Origin: Sphaerodactylus townsendi
Taxonomy: Eukaryota
DNA: 64,000 nt
Direction: 5' to 3'
Assembly: GCF_021028975.2 (NCBI RefSeq)
Contig: NC_059427.1
Location: forward strand, 116,498,001 to 116,562,000
Shown here: positions 59,695 to 64,000 of the stretch, piece after piece
How positions within the stretch are numbered: position 1 is the stretch's first letter
Layout: each line of letters starts with the position of its first letter
Program-made: the position numbers and the translations under genes
Notes under the pieces: generated by a model
Database searches by the model: none
Told to the model about the DNA's origin: nothing
What the model saw: the letters and a program-made list of their open reading frames with translations, nothing else

Positions 59695-62600
59695 GTGAGC
59701 AGTGTCCTGTTACCTTTTACATTCTTCTGGTGTCCAGGCAAGATTCTTCAGATTTTGCTTTATAATACATCTTGGGAAGGAGAAGGCGGGTGGGAAAGAG
59801 ATACAACACACATCCAGATGCAAAAAATTTTTTTTTCCTGCAGTTGCCACTTTTAGTGGACCAGTAAGCTGTGCTCATAAAACCCAACATGTGTTACCTA
59901 GCCTTTTGCAGTCAGTTAATAATGTTCCAGCAGAATTAATTGTTACCCAAGGTGGAGACACAGTCCCTCAATATAGTGGGGAATATTAGCTTAGAGCATA
60001 TTCTTATTAATGTTGCAAGAGGCTTGGGTAAGGAATCTTTAATAACAGTAATAACTTTAATAACAGCCCGGTGTGCACTCTGGCTTTTTCGCCCCCCGTG
60101 GCGCCCCCCCATGGCATTCCACCCCACTTACATGTAGGAAAGGAGCAGGCTGGAGAAGAAGGCCGGAAGCCTGCCTGCGTTGCCTGGGCCTGGTGGGAAC
60201 TACAGGCCCAGGCAACACAGGCAGGCTTCCATCCTGCTCCATTCTTAAAAGTAAGTGTGGTGGTGATTTTTCCACCCCCCCCCATGTGACTAGAAATGGT
60301 GCGCCGGTGCGTTGCGCACCCCCTACTCCAGGTGGCTTCGCCACTGCTCTCAGTAGAAAATCCACAGAGAGGAATATGATGCAGATTTGACAATCTTTAT
60401 TGTAAGGATAAGGGGTTCACAGGCAGTAGATTCAATTCAGCAAACATGCACACATCGAGTTCCTAAGAAAATAGATTTTGGAATAGAAAAGGGGTATGGG
60501 GGTATATGGGTAATGTAACCTGTTCATGAAGTGAAGAAGATCCAGGGTTCAGCTTAATCCTGACTTTCCCAAAGATTAATCTTGTTACTGTGCTTTTCCC
60601 TAACATATGCTTTAAATTTGTAGTCATTCATTTCTCTTCCTTCCTAATGTTCTGACAGCATTATTACCCCTCTAATAGAACATTTAATCCAGATTTGTTA
60701 CCATTGCTGTTAGCTGTGAAATTTATGCAGTATTTATGCGAAGAATGGTATCATCTTCCGGGAATAAATGCTTTGCCCTTGAGTTTTGGAAGCCAAATTC
60801 CTGCGCGGGAGACTCCATGATCCTGTGCCACCGCTAGAAACTTCTGTGCAGAAGAAAGAGTTTTTGCTCAGTGATGTGCTGGTCTAGACTGATATTATAC
60901 TGACAGGAAATGCTTATTCCTTTTACATTTTGTTGTTTGTGTGGCCTGAATCAGTCTATCCTGAGGAGTCTAATAAAGCATCAGTTCTGTTTTTTTTTTT
61001 TAAAAAGCAGCTTTGTGCAGAAATCATGAAATTGAGTTGGAACATTTCTCTGTAGCCAGGGAATGCCCATAGAGGGCTAAGCTATGACATCTGAGAGTGT
61101 TGTCTATGTCAGTCAAACTGCTAGGTATTTCCTTTGTGGTAAGCATTATAGTGCTGAGCTGTTGCAGCTCACTGTCTGTTCTTCTCTCAATATTTCTATC
61201 GGTAATATTTCTGTTTCCAACAGGTGAAGGGATTCAGTGAACTTGTTTCCGTCAGGTGAAGGGATTCAGTGAATACTTTTTCTGACATCTATAATATTTC
61301 TCATAGTTTATGCGTCTTCTGCCACTATTTGTTTGTAGTTTATGCAAAAGGTTTACGTCAGTGGAATGATAAATTTCCCCCCACTTTCTTGCTCATATGT
61401 GTTACCTGAACTAACCTTGGCAGTTTTTTGAGTTGTCAGGATGCCTGAAATTGCCTATACATCTTTATCAAGGTTAAGTAGGAGAACAGTATTGTTGTCC
61501 CTGGAATTAATTCAAGAGATTGAACGAATGTGTTTTTTTCTTTTCTGTGGAGGTTAGCAAATCTATTGTCTAAGGATCTAAATAGTCCAATGAGAACTTA
61601 GAATTGAACAAAGGGTAAGAATCAAAACAAGATAAATGTCCTTGGTTCTCTGAGTTTCATTCAAATTAGTGGCAAATGTTCCTTAATTAGATGTGGCAGG
61701 AAACAGTTTTTCTTGTCTATTTATGAGGGAGTTTGATATTATTACCTATTGATGCAGTTCGCTGGTGGGGAGAGGGATATTGATCATATAGGGAAAATAA
61801 TAGCTATATGCAAGACAGAGTTCATTACCTAGTTCATTACCTAGTAATCAAGGTTCATTACCTAGTCATCAAAAGCCAACTTGATTTGTCAACCAGTATC
61901 TTTCCCACTTCTAGTCTGGTTCTCACACCAAGTGAAACCAGCCAAGAGAACTCGGGTTCATGTTAGAGTGATTTCATAAAACATATCTTGAATTGATCAT
62001 ACAGGAAGCTATGTGAGTCATACAGTACATTTTGAAAATTAAGGGACCCTGGGTCTGTGGCTTTTAATGTGTGCAGAGCAAAGAGCAAAACCATGACAAT
62101 CTAAACTTGGATTTTAAAGAAACTTTAAAAATCCTTAACTTTTAAGAAATTTTAAGGTTGAAATTCTTAACTTCAAGAAAAAGCTTGATAATAATTTGTA
62201 TTTGTATTTATACCCTGGTCCATCCCTGCAGGGCTCAGGGCGGCTAACAACATAATGGAAACCTATAGGTTCACAAACCAGAAAGCACATATAGGCCGAT
62301 AATACATGGAACACTTATGCCAAGCCTATTCTCTGCATAGTGGGCTTGTAGTGGGCACTCCTCATGTTTTTCTGTTTATACGTAAGGAGGTAGCTCGCAG
62401 TGCAATTTGTCTGCTGGGTCTCTGCTTCTTCTGGTTCTGTTAACTCTGCCTATCAACAGCTGTAAGGGCACAGGGGTGATATTCTCTCCCCCACTCCCTT
62501 CCCTTCTGTGCACACATGCACACTCTCTGCCGCTATCCCAAGAGAAGAGAAGAAAGAGACTTGTTTTAAAACAGAGTTCTAAAAGCCCTCTAATCCCATC

Positions 62601-64000
62601 AGGGAGGCCAGAAGCAAAGCAGGTGAGGTGGGGTGGAGCCAAAAAGATGCAATCTTGTATTGTTTTTTTTGCAACAGCCCTCTTTGTTGTTGCTTTGTAT
62701 CAAAAGATTGATCTCACAATTTCTCAATATGTGCACTCTAGAGAAGCAGTAAGGAGCCAGCAGCATGGAGAGGGGGGTGAGGGGGAAAGCTCCAGGGCAC
62801 CTGGCAACAGAGGCTGTGCTGGTGGAAGAGAGACGGAGCACACATGTTAAACAGATCAGTTTAGCGATCTCTTGATCAGTTAACTTAGGGAAGCAGGAAG
62901 GAGCCAACAGCATGAAAGGGGTGGGGGGTTAGAGAGAAGGCTTACGAAGCTCTGGGAGGGAGAGGGAAGACTGGCCATGGGTGAAGAGGTTCAGGGCAAA
63001 GCTGGCCCCACTGACAAATCTATCCCACTCTGGCACTGAAGCAAGATTTAACTCGTGCTATAAGTGGTTTCACTTGCCACAAAAAGAGTGGAAAGTGAAA
63101 GTGGGGCTCCAGAAAATACGTCCATCCAAGCAATCTTGCTGCAGTGAACACTGACCTCCACCACACAGCAAACACTTTGTACGTAATTGGCTATAGTACA
63201 TCAATCTTCATATTTTATAGTCTTACATAATCAGGCACTATATCAGTCAGGCACTCCAGATATTAATGGACTACAATTCCCATCAGCCCCTGCAGGATGA
63301 TGGGAATTGTAGTCCATGAACATCAGGAGTGCCATAGGTTCGCCACCACAGCACTATATTGTAGAATAACAGCTGTAGTTTGGAGAAATCCTGTAAGTAC
63401 ATTTATCTGGCTAACTTTCTAAAAATTATTACGTTTTGTCACAAAACGTTAGTTTTTAGTGAAGAAAATTCATATGTAGAATAATGTATAGGTCTAACTT
63501 TATTAGATTTGGATCAAAAAATTCTGCGGTCAAATCCAGAAACAAATGGATCTGTGTCCTTGATCCCAAATGCAAGCTCCCGGATAGTACATCCCATTTT
63601 CAGGACTTAGTATTTATATCAGACCTGATCAGTCCAGAGGCTTAATTTTCCTTACCAATTATTTGGTGAGTGTTGAATGTCCATGTTCTCTCGTAGGTGT
63701 GTGCTCAAAGTGTTCTCTAAAGTCTGAGAATGCATAGTTCATGATGGATCATGAGGTGAGGTCCCAGTTTTATCCATGAGGCTCCCATTTTAACCCCTGG
63801 ATTACCTGACACTAGTGGAGTTAGGTAAGAATAACCCCAAGTTTCCAAACTGCAGTGTCATCCCATTTCAAGTGAGACCACTATAAGCCTTGAGTTGCCA
63901 GCATATCAGCCCAACCATGACCCATGAGGAAAGGTGGGAAATAAATAAAAAGTTGTTTCCAGTTGAACTGTGTGAAAGGGCTTAAGTGAGAAGAAATGTC

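Noticed and set aside
59695-64000. OGFOD3 coding exon 5 (ASILDLHSGALS...)
   Set aside because: Not found by eye; presumably beyond the window end.

Overview
Vertebrate genomic DNA, almost certainly squamate and probably a gecko, judging from the repeat landscape (Squam3-like CORE-SINEs, 5S-headed SINEs, CR1, Penelope-like elements). It carries the amniote gene block NARF(-)/CYBC1(+)/HEXD(-)/OGFOD3(+). NARF: first three coding exons; the gene runs off the left edge. CYBC1/EROS: complete 6-exon CDS, 594 nt, 197 aa. HEXD: complete 12-exon CDS, 1437 nt, 478 aa from the first ATG. OGFOD3: first four coding exons; the gene runs off the right edge. All exons were read by hand and have GT/AG boundaries with consistent phase. 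Gene identities rest on recalled human protein sequences, not a database search. The most unusual features are in introns. (1) A TSD-flanked Penelope-like retroelement in OGFOD3 intron 1 carries a minimal hammerhead ribozyme plus a perfect 106-bp antisense copy of it in the same pre-mRNA. (2) A complete 6.2-kb LTR retrotransposon has Gmr1-type integrase-before-RT order and a SCAN-like capsid. (3) A local duplication left a decayed copy of a HEXD exon in the preceding intron. (4) An IRF/GAS/ETS/kB-like motif cluster lies upstream of CYBC1. (5) An in-frame uORF precedes NARF. Most ORF-track ORFs are spurious, and boundaries of decayed repeats are approximate.
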